64,000 bases of DNA from a virus (lineage: Duplodnaviria > Caudoviricetes), in IMG/VR virus record IMGVR_UViG_3300044728_000163, positions 1-64,000 of that record. One strand, given 5' to 3'. Numbering within the stretch: position 1 is the first letter of the stretch; every line of letters starts with the position of its first letter. Positions 54,201 to 63,519 of the stretch are shown here, one piece after another. A program made the position numbers and the translations under genes. The notes below the pieces were generated by a model. The model was not told the DNA's origin, did not search any database, and worked only from the letters and a program-made list of their open reading frames with translations.

Positions 54201-57200
54201 CGCGCGCTTTCTGAATGAGCAGTTCTCGCGCGTCGGCGTTCATCCCCAGCGTTTTGGTCTGCAACTGAACCAGGGCGATCTCATCTTTAGTGGCTATGTT
54301 GGCCTTGTTGAGCGTGACCTTGGCCGCGGCGGCGGCTTGTTTCTCCATCTCAAGCGTCAATACGGCGGTGGCCTTGGTCGCGTCGTCCGAACCCTCTTTG
54401 TAATGCTTGTTCGCTTCCGCCAGCGCCTTGTTGGCGATTTCCGTATGGAAAGCGGCTTCCGCGCCCTTCCGCCACGACTCGGCTAAATTATCGTTGGCGG
54501 CGGTATCTTCCTTGAGCGCGCGGACCTGAAGGTCAATCGCGGGAACGCTGTCGTACAGTTCCTTGGTGAGCGCCGCCGCTTGTTGCGCCAGCGCGGCGCT
54601 GGCCGGGTTGGCCTTCGCCGCGTCCTGGGCATACTTCAACCGGGTCGTGAGTTCCTCGGCACGGCGCGCGGGTGTATTCGCCGCCTGTTCCGCTTCCAGC
54701 TTCCGTGTCGATTCAAGTTGTTCATCGTACAGCTTATTTATTTGCGCCTCGGCGGCGATTCTCTCGTCGGTTACCGGCCCGAATTTCTCCCTTACCGCGA
54801 TCAGGGCTTTTTCCCTGTTCGCCTGGATTTGCGCCGCTTCCGATCCATGTTGCCACGCGAGGCTCATGCGGCTGTTGGCGTCGATTTCTTCCTTGATTTT
54901 ACGGACCTGGGCATCGAACGCCGGGACCGTCTCGTAGATGGCCCTGGTGAGTTCCGTTTGTTGTTGCTTCCACGCGACGTTGTTGGGGTCGAGTTTCAGT
55001 AGTTCCTTGGTGGCTTCCAGTTCGCGGTTGAGCGCCTCGACGCGCCGCTGCGGCGTGGCTTTCGCCGACGCGGCATCGCTCAGTTCGGCGGCTCTGGTCT
55101 GTTCGTTGAACGCCGCGGCCAGTTTCGCCTGGAGCGGAATGAGTTCCGCGCTGTCCTTGCCCACCAGCCGGAGCGCCTCGGCCCTGGCTTTATTCGCGTT
55201 GGCCTGGATGATCGCCGCGTCGTTGCCCTGGCCCCAGGCGTCCTTTTGCCGACTCTCGGCGTCGATGCTCTCCTTGATCGAGTTAACCAGCTTATCGATC
55301 TCGGGGATGGCCTCGCTGATCTGTCTGTTGAGGTCTCGCCGCATCTGGAGGTAGGCCTCGTTTTTCGGGTCGAGAACCAGGGCGTTGTTGATCACCTGAA
55401 GCGATTTGCCGAGCGCCTCGGCCTGTTTCGCTGGTTGGCCCGCCGAGAGCGCGTTGGCCATGTCGATGATGGTCTTGGTCTGGTTGGCCATACCGGCGGC
55501 ACTGAAGACGGTCGTGGGACCGCCTTCCGGATCTCTTCCGCTCATCGCTCTCAGGCGCGCGTTCAGCGCGTTGGTGAACTCAGGCAGGGTGATGCCTTGC
55601 TGCCCACCTCCCGGCATCGACGGCCAGACTTCTTTCAGCGCCGCCGGGATGCCCGCCGTGCGGCCCGCCAGGAGATCGGCGTTCAGGTCGCGCCCGGTCA
55701 CCCTCTTGTAGGTCGATTGAGCCAGTGCCCACGCCGCCTTGTCCTGTTCGGCGGGACTGAACCCGGTCAGGCCGAGTTCGCTCGCGATGGGCTGGTAGGT
55801 CGAGGACAGGAACTGGTAGCGACCGGCGGCGTCGCTGGTCGTGTTGGTCCCCGGTATCCGCACGGGGACCATGGGATGGCTGGCGTAACTGTCGAAGGTC
55901 TGCGGCCCCGCCGAGCCGCCGTAGCGGACGTTGTAGCGACCGCCTGACTCGGGACCGGCGATGACATCCAGCAACGCCCTGGCGACCGCCGTGAGGCTCG
56001 CGTCGGCGGTGCCGCCATAGGTCGTCGTGGGCCGCATTCCGGCGGGCAGATTGCCGCCCGCGGGGCCACCCGGCCACCAACTGCCATACAGCGCGGGACC
56101 GCCGGTCTTTTGCGCCCAGTCGTTCAGGTCGCGCAGCGCCTGGACGGACATCGCCGTTCCCTTGATGATGGCGGCACCCATCGCTCCCGCGGCGGTGCCG
56201 ATGCCATCGAACGCCTGTTGGCCCGACTGCCCGGTCGCGGTGAAGGCCTTGCCCAGATCCTCCACCGCCCTTTGCCACAGCGTCCGCTCCAGCGGCTTAC
56301 CGGCGTCCTGCACCGCCTTCAGCGCGACGGCGAACGCAGCCGCCTTATCGCCACCCATCGCCAGCAACCGCGCGTGATCGACCAGATTGGCATCGACGCC
56401 TTTCAGCGTTTTTTCCATCTCGGCGAGGAACGCCACCGGATCTTTCAGCGCCTGGCCAAGCTGCGCCATGTCCAGTTCCGCCTTGCCTTGCGCGGAGGAC
56501 AACCGGGCGAACGCATCGATGATCGCCTCGACCTCTCGCGCCCCGCCGACGAACCCCGGCGTGGTGACGATGGCCTTGGCCGCGGCCCGCGCGTCGGCGG
56601 TGCTGGTCGGCGTGTTTTTGGCGATGTCGTTCGCCGCCTGGGTCGCCACGCTGGCGAGGTTCTTGTAGTCGTCGGAGACGAGCGATATTTCGTTACGCAA
56701 CCCGGTCAACCGGCGGGCCGCGCTTTCCGACGAGGAAATCAGCAAGGCGAGCGAACTGACCACCGTGACCATACCGGTGATGAACAGGCCGATGGGCGAC
56801 ATGATCGCCTTGAACACGACCCCCAGGATGCTGAACCCGGTGCCGCTGGAAATCGCCACGTCGATGATCTGGTGGCCTTGCTGGATCAGCGTCATGAGGA
56901 TCGGCTGACCGGTGGCGATTCCGGAGATCAACTGCGACGTTTGCACGGTCAACTGTTGCGTGGCGAACTTCATCTGGCCAACGGAAACGGTGCCGTCATC
57001 TACCTTTTTCTTATGATCGACGTGCGCTCTGCTGACGCCGTTGATCGCGTCCACCTGTTTATTGTAGCTGTTCAGCGCCTCGGCCCGCGCCGCGTTGGCC
57101 ACCGCCGTTCCATCGGCGACGTTCTTCTCCCACACGGCGATCTCGGCCAGCTTGGCCTTGTACGCCTCCTCGGCGGCGAACAGCTTATCGAACCCAGCGC

Positions 57201-58548
57201 GCATCGCGTTGAGTTCTTCCGGCGTGGGACCGCCCGTCCCGCCGCCCGCGGCATCCCTTTTCTTGATCGCCACGACCTCGGCGTCATAAGCCGCCGTGGT
57301 CCGTTTGATCGCCGCCGTTATCGCGTCCGACATGGTGGGCAACAGCTTCTCAGCCGCCAACAGCCGGTCGATCTCCTTGTTGTATTTCTGGGTCGCCGCG
57401 AACAATGGATCGATGCTGGCGCGCAACGCATCAAAATCGACATGAGCGTCGCCCAGTTCATTGATCGCCTTGACGTTCGCGTAATACGCGGCGGCTACTT
57501 TCGCCAGTTCCTTCTCGATCACGGCGGCGCTGGACCCCAGCTTGGCGTGATCGGATATGACATCCGCTAACTCGTTCTGATACTTTTGCAGCGCGGCGGT
57601 GAGCGGATCGTACTTGGCCGTTAACTTGTCCAGGCCCAGGAACACGGCTTCCAGTTCTTGCTGGCGCTTCTCTTGCGCCGCGCCATAAAGCCGGTCGGTG
57701 ATGACGAGCGTGTTGTCGAGTTGACGCGCCACGGGAGCCGCTCCTGGCTTCACCCGCGGGTCGAAGGTCATCTGATTCGCCGCGATGACACTAAGCTTCA
57801 TCGCGCGGGCAGCGGCCTCGACATCGTACATGTGCGCTTCAACGTCGGTCATGCCCTTGACCGCGTCGCTGGTGCCGCCGGACAGCCGCCTGTAAGCGTC
57901 CCCGGCTTCGTTTACCGATATGACTTCCTTGTCCAGGGCGAACTGAATCTCGGCCACCGCGGCGGCGAACGCCTTTTGCTGGGCTTCCAATGGCACCAAC
58001 TTGGCGCGCAGCCCATCGACATCGACGGCGACCTCTTTCACCCCCTTGGACAGTCGTTCCGCCGTCGTGCTCATGAACGCCATCGCGTCGGCGGCTTCGA
58101 TGGTCCCGGCTTCCAACTGGGCCATGACGCCGATGAGTTCTTTCTCGCGCATCTCCAGTTGTTTGACCCGCGCGATGGCTTCTTCGTCTTTTATCTTCTT
58201 GGCGATCAACAGTGTGTCGACGCCCTTAATCGCCTGTCCGACCTTGCCCATCTCCCGCGACAGAGAGGTGTGGGCGAAGATCAGCGGGTCCATGCGGCCC
58301 AGGTAAGCGTCGGAGTCGGCCTTCGCCTTGCGGAGCGCCCCCGCCGTGATGGTCAGCGAGTCGGCTACATCTATTCCCGCTTCCGCCGCCCGTTGGGTGG
58401 CGGCGGTGTTCTGCATGATTGTCGCGGTGGTCTTGTCGAACTCGCGTTGCGCCGCCCGCTGCGCCGCCGCCAGTTGCGCCATGCTGAGTTCGGCCTGATC
58501 GGCATCGATAATAATCTCGGTAACGATCTGATTTGTCGTGCCGCTCAC
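51232..58548 (-). CDS. Tape measure protein with embedded lysozyme-like domain
   Basis: Ala-rich helical sequence; QLTVQ..Q...G.ATGQP..L.QQG.Q; LLDVIAGPES..YNV..AAGRYQF..TY (lambda-R/GH104-like). Confidence 0.92.
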   Translation of the reverse strand: MSGTTNQIVTEIIIDADQAELSMAQLAAAQRAAQREFDKTTATIMQNTAATQRAAEAGIDVADSLTITAGALRKAKADSDAYLGRMDPLIFAHTSLSREMGKVGQAIKGVDTLLIAKKIKDEEAIARVKQLEMREKELIGVMAQLEAGTIEAADAMAFMSTTAERLSKGVKEVAVDVDGLRAKLVPLEAQQKAFAAAVAEIQFALDKEVISVNEAGDAYRRLSGGTSDAVKGMTDVEAHMYDVEAAARAMKLSVIAANQMTFDPRVKPGAAPVARQLDNTLVITDRLYGAAQEKRQQELEAVFLGLDKLTAKYDPLTAALQKYQNELADVISDHAKLGSSAAVIEKELAKVAAAYYANVKAINELGDAHVDFDALRASIDPLFAATQKYNKEIDRLLAAEKLLPTMSDAITAAIKRTTAAYDAEVVAIKKRDAAGGGTGGPTPEELNAMRAGFDKLFAAEEAYKAKLAEIAVWEKNVADGTAVANAARAEALNSYNKQVDAINGVSRAHVDHKKKVDDGTVSVGQMKFATQQLTVQTSQLISGIATGQPILMTLIQQGHQIIDVAISSGTGFSILGVVFKAIMSPIGLFITGMVTVVSSLALLISSSESAARRLTGLRNEISLVSDDYKNLASVATQAANDIAKNTPTSTADARAAAKAIVTTPGFVGGAREVEAIIDAFARLSSAQGKAELDMAQLGQALKDPVAFLAEMEKTLKGVDANLVDHARLLAMGGDKAAAFAVALKAVQDAGKPLERTLWQRAVEDLGKAFTATGQSGQQAFDGIGTAAGAMGAAIIKGTAMSVQALRDLNDWAQKTGGPALYGSWWPGGPAGGNLPAGMRPTTTYGGTADASLTAVARALLDVIAGPESGGRYNVRYGGSAGPQTFDSYASHPMVPVRIPGTNTTSDAAGRYQFLSSTYQPIASELGLTGFSPAEQDKAAWALAQSTYKRVTGRDLNADLLAGRTAGIPAALKEVWPSMPGGGQQGITLPEFTNALNARLRAMSGRDPEGGPTTVFSAAGMANQTKTIIDMANALSAGQPAKQAEALGKSLQVINNALVLDPKNEAYLQMRRDLNRQISEAIPEIDKLVNSIKESIDAESRQKDAWGQGNDAAIIQANANKARAEALRLVGKDSAELIPLQAKLAAAFNEQTRAAELSDAASAKATPQRRVEALNRELEATKELLKLDPNNVAWKQQQTELTRAIYETVPAFDAQVRKIKEEIDANSRMSLAWQHGSEAAQIQANREKALIAVREKFGPVTDERIAAEAQINKLYDEQLESTRKLEAEQAANTPARRAEELTTRLKYAQDAAKANPASAALAQQAAALTKELYDSVPAIDLQVRALKEDTAANDNLAESWRKGAEAAFHTEIANKALAEANKHYKEGSDDATKATAVLTLEMEKQAAAAAKVTLNKANIATKDEIALVQLQTKTLGMNADARELLIQKARDQIAVKNMAPGGEKEDKAERQSLLDDLARQNLALKNIEASVTAVSSAFTQAFDTIGNSITQALISGQGAAVNWKNVMVAAAQQVLQAFLKLAFVGPFLNYLGIGPRQPELFEGLNAIFAGGGAAGGRVTDDTSGRSTNGIGGSLSTYASGAGTLADLFGLKEGIGGSINSALGGPGGSLWATKGGGTIFTPITNYLGGPASNLFGSYGAAGSTVGGSLAGIGGGIAGGFVLGSLAGEGIQGARGTTGPAPEIGAGAGALMGTLAGFLITGGNPLGALIGGILGGTLGGGAGGFIGPKKASPYSSTLIDIADGHAVIGRTIGQGVDTDAERTQAIKDVDALNSYLDSVSLKLSSLGDVGQLGSNTPYGYQDPTKFKDLATGFDQLRFKSEDPKLNAYLQRTSFPDSATLQKAISDYHVLVENTIPTLMNFGKTTGTVEAAVKELNDAFNAAVEGSKKYGLATEDLTKAQAAGEAKIRDAANAQIRDFDTTLRIRRMQANGEDPRAIALASFDQGADQQRDAYKKQLVGMFGDAFTSTAYYADQMRQLEETLGAERVALVRQAAEQMRAAERQIRDIDEDLAVRLSNATPGDAQGKELFAFDVKANRETRQFGDQLVGIYGEAFRTTQAYADQINLMERVHGAERAEIVRKYAEAITAAWKSLTRADEDFNVRINAATKSTGPYDDLNKELYSFDVRARREREDFSDGMIASFGEAFRSTQAYADQMALEERTLGAERLAIIRKYNEQIEAAWKTVVAADEDLNARRVNAGSASAQDKELFSFDLSASRQRVAFRDQLIGLFGESFTASQSYADQMSLLEVTLGEERLAIVKKYADEITAKSEAAAATAAGSITSLVAYAQGLQTSNASPLSPQDQLSLARSRFNAVSGAAGAGDYTSIQQLQGYADTFLNASRAVYGSGEAYVSDFQRVLEALGAVANVAPDTLTASVLQVETRSQTAELVSSLADLKAAVETITTQLRQNSTAPARIAA

Positions 58549-58942
58549 TGTTCGGAGTCCTTTTGCGCCTGCGCCTGGGCGCGTAGCCAGAGGTCATCCA
58601 TCCGCTCGATCAAAGCGACCTCCCACGACAAAAGGCTCAGACCCGACAGGCGCGAAAACGCCTCGATGTCTGGCCATTCCAGCGGCGAATGGCCAAAGCC
58701 ATTGCCGCCTTTCCGTCCACGCAGTCGATGGTAGACACGCCAGAGGTACATCATGGACATCGGGAATTCCGGCATCCACAACTCGGCCTCGTACTCGGCT
58801 CGCTTCTCCGCGCGCCGCGACCGGTTCAGCAAACCCTCGAGAGTTTCCCGCCAGGAAACCCCGCTTTTGTCTACTGCGTTAAGTCTGAACTCGCACTCGG
58901 CGAAGTCTGTGAGGTCGTCGCCGAGCGTTTTGTAAAACTTTC
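58545..58942 (-). CDS. Tail assembly chaperone GT extension (-1 frame, reached by frameshift)
   Basis: The -1 frame is open through the G/T overlap: KFYKTLGDDLTDFAECEFRL...; no convincing independent start. Confidence 0.75.
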
Positions 58943-59362
58943 GTCGGAATTGAAGTACTCCAGAAGTTGTAAGTAAACTTTCCCGAACGATGGATCGAGT
59001 AACAGACCCACGACATTCTCGCGCGTGTAGGGATAGTCGTTCCCGTTCAGCTTGATCGGGGTCCAGCCCAGGACGCGGGTGGCGAAGCTTTCCGCGTTCT
59101 CCCTTCTCATGTCATCCGGTGTGCGATCCGGCTCGACCCATTTACGCCGGTTGACCACCGCCTGTTCGCGCAGCCGGGTCAGCCGCAACGCATCCCGCGC
59201 CGCGATATTCGCCGACTCGATCGACTTTGGGTGGCCAGGACCGGCGAGCGTCCACACCCATGTGGTTGGCGCGCCGGTCAACGGATGAACGATGGCCAGT
59301 TCATCCGTCTCCGTCGATTTGAGGTCACTGAGATCGAAAGCGTCCCCGTTCTCCATAAGCAC
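58871..59362 (-). CDS. Tail assembly chaperone G
   Basis: Between tail tube and tape measure; HP.TG.PT..V..AGP.H motif; ends SFTKRS. Confidence 0.85.
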   Translation of the reverse strand: MLMENGDAFDLSDLKSTETDELAIVHPLTGAPTTWVWTLAGPGHPKSIESANIAARDALRLTRLREQAVVNRRKWVEPDRTPDDMRRENAESFATRVLGWTPIKLNGNDYPYTRENVVGLLLDPSFGKVYLQLLEYFNSDESFTKRSATTSQTSPSASSDLTQ

Positions 59363-59371
59363 TCCTTCTTG

Positions 59372-60619
59372 TTAAGACGAACTCTGGATCTTGATCATCG
59401 TCGCATCGTAACCAGCCCCGCCGTTGTCCATGCCGACCAGCGCCATGGGCACCGTGATGGACTGCGTGCGCGGCCCGCCTTCTTTCGAATAGGCGCTCTT
59501 CGACAAACCGCCAAGGGTAAGATTCGGAACCGTAATTGATACGAAACTCTTAGGTTCCGCCTCATTCTCCACCGCGAGGATGTGGATGGAGTACTGCGTT
59601 TCGGCTACGAAATCATTGAGGAACTGCAAGTCTTTTCGCAAACACGTAAAGTTGATGCCGATTCCCATCTGACCCGTGAACACATCCGGCCCATATTTTA
59701 TGTTTCCGGAGCCGAACACGTCGGGCGACATCGGGGTGATATCCATGGTCAGGTCGAACGATGTCAGATCGACCATGTCCTGGTTGCCGATGCGGACGGT
59801 GGCGTCCACGACCGCCAATGGCAGGGTCGAGGAGGGGACCGGCGCGGTGAACACGGGTGCCGACGCGGACGGGTAGGTCTGCATCTGCCCGGTGCCGACG
59901 CCGCTGGGATCGACCGTGATGATCCCGTTCGGAGCCATCCCCAGCCGCATCGCGCCCCACACGAAATCGGACATCACCTCGGAGGTGTCCACGTCGATCT
60001 CATACTCTTCGACGGTGAAGTAGCGTTTGATCAACTGGGTACCCGTCTGGATCAGCTTCTTGCCGGGGCGGGTGATAGTGAACGTGGTGTCCGCCGTGGG
60101 AGCGGGGGCAAGCTGTTCAGCGACCGAGATGACGGTCGGCGTCAGGGCGGCGATGCGGAGGTTCTTGCCGTTGTTCAGCGGATCGCTGTGACCGCTGATG
60201 CGGATGATGTCGTTAACCCGCAGTCCAGCCGTGATCCACGAGCCGCCCGCGGCGGTGATGGTGCCGCCGCCGACGCCGGTCGCGGTGACGATGGACAACA
60301 GCCCACCCGTGGACTCGGTGATCGTCAGATCAGCGGTTGACCATGTGTCGCGCATGATCGCCTCGATGATCTGGTCGAAGCTGCCAAGCGAACCTTCCGC
60401 GCTCCACGCGCCCACGGTCTTTTGGATGCCGTGACGGCCCCGCGTCCGCATTCCATCGTAACGAACTTCGTTACTCTCGGTGGCGGCCTTGGTGAGGCTT
60501 CCGCCCGACCCGCCAGCGACGCGCAGGATGGACGCACCGGCACCGGTCGCTGGCACACCGAGTCCGGACTGGGCTTTGTAGGCGACGATGGAGTTGGATT
60601 GAGTTTGATATACGGGCAT
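59372..60619 (-). CDS. Major tail (tube) protein
   Basis: AAGGAG RBS; YKAQS.LG, S.EVR.DG, RYFTVEE; position. Confidence 0.85.
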   Translation of the reverse strand: MPVYQTQSNSIVAYKAQSGLGVPATGAGASILRVAGGSGGSLTKAATESNEVRYDGMRTRGRHGIQKTVGAWSAEGSLGSFDQIIEAIMRDTWSTADLTITESTGGLLSIVTATGVGGGTITAAGGSWITAGLRVNDIIRISGHSDPLNNGKNLRIAALTPTVISVAEQLAPAPTADTTFTITRPGKKLIQTGTQLIKRYFTVEEYEIDVDTSEVMSDFVWGAMRLGMAPNGIITVDPSGVGTGQMQTYPSASAPVFTAPVPSSTLPLAVVDATVRIGNQDMVDLTSFDLTMDITPMSPDVFGSGNIKYGPDVFTGQMGIGINFTCLRKDLQFLNDFVAETQYSIHILAVENEAEPKSFVSITVPNLTLGGLSKSAYSKEGGPRTQSITVPMALVGMDNGGAGYDATMIKIQSSS

Positions 60620-60657
60620 TTCTGACTCCTTTCGAGAGCGAACCGTTAGCGAACCTT

Positions 60658-61095
60658 TCAGTTCGTGTAGTAGAAATCGAAGGGCACGCTACAAAGCAGA
60701 ATCGCATAGTTCCCTGCTTCATCCGTCGCCACGCTGTCGTAAGCCGAGAAGTCAAGAGTTCTGACTGTCTGTCCGAGTTCGGGCACCCTGCCGAATTCAG
60801 CCCTTTCCATGAAAGCCGCCAGCGCGTCGGCGACATCCAGGGAATCATCCATCCCGGTATTCCAGGGTGCCCAGATGTAGAACCGTATCAATCCGGGGTG
60901 GATATAAAGTTGGTTGCCACGCTGGCTGAACCCGGTCAGCGCGTTGTAGCCACCGATGATTTCACACTCGACAAACGGCGAGGCGGTCTGCATCGGGTCT
61001 TGCCCGTCCCAGTTCTCGTTCGCCCACCGCAGTGGAAGCGCGTTGAAGTTGGCGTCCACATGCGCGCGGATCGCCTTGATCGCCGGTCCAAGCAT
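60658..61095 (-). CDS. Tail terminator-like protein (DUF4128-like)
   Basis: W.NE...P.....FV..EI..G.....G..G.I; position. Confidence 0.7.
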   Translation of the reverse strand: MLGPAIKAIRAHVDANFNALPLRWANENWDGQDPMQTASPFVECEIIGGYNALTGFSQRGNQLYIHPGLIRFYIWAPWNTGMDDSLDVADALAAFMERAEFGRVPELGQTVRTLDFSAYDSVATDEAGNYAILLCSVPFDFYYTN

Positions 61096-61098
61096 TGG

Positions 61099-61836
61099 TT
61101 ACCTCGCTTCGATCTCCAGCGCCGGGAAACGATCTTTCGCGTCGTTGCCGTGGCGCGGCCCGCCCTGTGAATGGAAGCGTCCCAGTTTGTTTCGCCTTGG
61201 CGTGCGCGCGATGGCCTCTTGTTCGATCAGCGCGCCCTCGACATTGCCGTGATAGGCGAAACGGATGATCGCGACCTTTTCGTACTTGTTCTTCAGGTCG
61301 CGCGCGGTGACCTCGTAGACGCCGTTCGGTGCCTGGGCGGACAGGCCGGGACGCCGCTGGGTCAGCCGCGCGCGATACTTATGCTTCGCCCCACCCTCGA
61401 TCTTCCTGGCGTAGGGTTTGACGTTGATGATGACGACCTTGTCACCCTTCCTGAGTTCGACCTTGGTGCCACCTTGCAACATCACGTCGCGGCGCTGGCC
61501 GTTGACGTAGAGTAAATGGTTGTCACGATAGTGCCCGTTCCTGCCGGGTCCGACCGGTGAGCGAGAGATCAACAGCCGCAGCGCTTCATCGACCACATTG
61601 GTGTGCAAGTGGAAGATCGTGTCGGTGACCGATTGGGCCTGGTTCAGCGGCTTGCCAACCTGGCCGTCCACGATCAGTTCAGTCGGTGCCGGGGAGCCGA
61701 ACGCCTGCATGATGCGGTTCTGGTTCAAATCCGTCAGCCGTTTCGTCTCGCTGATCAGCATCTCGCGGGTATTCGCGCGATAAATCTTGATCAGGTCATC
61801 GACCTTTTGCGGCGTGAAACCCAGCATCCCGGCCAT
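61099..61836 (-). CDS. HK97 gp10-like neck/tail completion protein
   Basis: L...SPVG..G.YR.NH, N..PYARKIE, SAQAPNG.Y..T. Confidence 0.75.
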   Translation of the reverse strand: MAGMLGFTPQKVDDLIKIYRANTREMLISETKRLTDLNQNRIMQAFGSPAPTELIVDGQVGKPLNQAQSVTDTIFHLHTNVVDEALRLLISRSPVGPGRNGHYRDNHLLYVNGQRRDVMLQGGTKVELRKGDKVVIINVKPYARKIEGGAKHKYRARLTQRRPGLSAQAPNGVYEVTARDLKNKYEKVAIIRFAYHGNVEGALIEQEAIARTPRRNKLGRFHSQGGPRHGNDAKDRFPALEIEAR

Positions 61837-62186
61837 CACGCCATCCCCATTACCTGCATGATATGCTCCGCGATCACGCCGCCGGGTGCCGCGACCTGGA
61901 CGCCCTGCACCGTGTAGGTCGTCGCGGCGATGATGATCTGATCACCCCTGCGGATCGGCAGGGGAAAGCCGCTGGCGGTGATTTCCTTGTTCGACACCCG
62001 CACATCAATGCGACCCTGCACCACGCCACCCACGGCCTCCCCAGGCGCGACAAACGTGGGCACGCATTTCAACGTCACCTCGACCCGCGGCTGGGTTTTG
62101 GTCGCCAGCCGGATCAACGTGCCGGGTTCGCCGACGCGATCGATCGCCGCGGCGACCTGTTTGGCGACATAGTCCCCTTTGTTCAC
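61836..62186 (-). CDS. Head-tail joining (head closure-like) protein
   Basis: GTGA coupling; GEPGTL..; P.R.GD.I....YTV. Confidence 0.7.
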   Translation of the reverse strand: MNKGDYVAKQVAAAIDRVGEPGTLIRLATKTQPRVEVTLKCVPTFVAPGEAVGGVVQGRIDVRVSNKEITASGFPLPIRRGDQIIIAATTYTVQGVQVAAPGGVIAEHIMQVMGMA

Positions 62187-62851
62187 GTATTGAATTCCTG
62201 AAACGGCTGCAGCATCTCGCAAATCTCCGGCGGCAGCGCGGACGTATTCGGCATCGTCATGCTGTTGTATTCTTCCTTGATCACGCCTGGGATTTCCTGC
62301 GATCGTAGGAACCGGTCGCGGCCCCAGGTATCATTGCGGATCTTCAGCAACGACAGGCATGCCGCCTGCAGATCGGGCGGCAGATCATCGGGGGTGCCGT
62401 AGCCGCCCGTGTAGACGATCTCCAGGGACATCATGGCGGCGTTCGACCAATGCCACGACCAGTAAGACCGCATCCCCTCGTGCAGCCGCCACAGCCGTCC
62501 CCTGTAGGCGTCAAGCTGGTAGTCATCCGCGGTCAGCGGCGGGTCTTCATCGATGGAGCCGAACGAGGTGATCTCCACCACCGGATAACGGCGCAGATTT
62601 AGCGGTCTGATCTCCTGGGAAACCTCCGGAAGGTACCAGTAATCCGCGCCGTGCCAGACTTCCTTGACCGTCTCCTTCACCAGGACGCGATTGCAGTGCC
62701 GTTCGATATAAACGCTGGTTTCACGTATCCACCGCGCCAGCCGCGCATCATTCTCGTCGGTGTCGATGCCGAGTTCCTCTTTGGCGATATCCAGCGTGGT
62801 CAGATCGTGCGTCGCCGCCGGAGTGATCACTTCGATGATCGATGATTTCAT
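62183..62851 (-). CDS. Head-tail connector (gp6-like adaptor)
   Basis: LTTL..AKEELGI..D.RL..I..S.YIE..CNR; V.YTGGY..P.DL..AC. Confidence 0.85.
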   Translation of the reverse strand: MKSSIIEVITPAATHDLTTLDIAKEELGIDTDENDARLARWIRETSVYIERHCNRVLVKETVKEVWHGADYWYLPEVSQEIRPLNLRRYPVVEITSFGSIDEDPPLTADDYQLDAYRGRLWRLHEGMRSYWSWHWSNAAMMSLEIVYTGGYGTPDDLPPDLQAACLSLLKIRNDTWGRDRFLRSQEIPGVIKEEYNSMTMPNTSALPPEICEMLQPFQEFNT

Positions 62852-63519
62852 GGCCGCGACACCCTCCGAAACGCGAACGAGGTAATCTCCTCGCGGCCCA
62901 GGATCGTCTCCACGTAGCTGACCTCACGCACCGCGAAGCCGAGACACCACATAAAATTGATCAGGCCATCCCTGCTAAAATACCAATAATGCTCATCCTT
63001 GCGATAGTGTTTCGATGCCAGCACGTCATCGGGACCGGCGAATGTCGGCAGCGAGATGAAGACGCTGTCCTCGACCTGTTCCAGAAGCTTTGGGAAATCG
63101 GGAATGTGTTCCAATGAATCCCAAAACGACATCGCCAGGCACGGCTGGCGGTAAGGGTTCCACAGCTTCTCCTGGGCCTTCAGCCAGGCGACCCCCGCCG
63201 GGTTGACATCGTAACCCCACGTAAACGGTCTGGCATCCACGAAAGCCCCGCTGCCGATGCCGATGTCAACGAGATGGCCAGTGTAATGCCGCGCGACCAG
63301 CGCGATGCGCGCGACATTCAATTTCGCTCCCAGTTCGGTGCGAGCGTATGCCTGATACTTTTCGAAGTAGGCGGCATCGTAGATCGTGGTGCCGCCGGTC
63401 GCCGGGTAGTAGCCGTATCCCAGTTCAGGAAACCAGCAGAGTCCAGTGGACAGCGCCTTCGTCAGGCAGCGCGGGAAGACCGGGAAAGGCGTGGCAAGGC
63501 ATTCGCCCAGCGACGCCAT
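62848..63519 (-). CDS. Class I SAM-dependent methyltransferase
   Basis: LVDIGIGSGAF, GYDVNP, FWDSLEHIPD, HYRKDEHYWYF; start uncertain. Confidence 0.8.
   Translation of the reverse strand: MASLGECLATPFPVFPRCLTKALSTGLCWFPELGYGYYPATGGTTIYDAAYFEKYQAYARTELGAKLNVARIALVARHYTGHLVDIGIGSGAFVDARPFTWGYDVNPAGVAWLKAQEKLWNPYRQPCLAMSFWDSLEHIPDFPKLLEQVEDSVFISLPTFAGPDDVLASKHYRKDEHYWYFSRDGLINFMWCLGFAVREVSYVETILGREEITSFAFRRVSRP

Noticed and set aside
58976-58985. Lambda-type GGGAAAG slippery sequence in the G gene
   Set aside because: It is read GGG AAA G, not G GGA AAG, so it is out of register for a -1 shift
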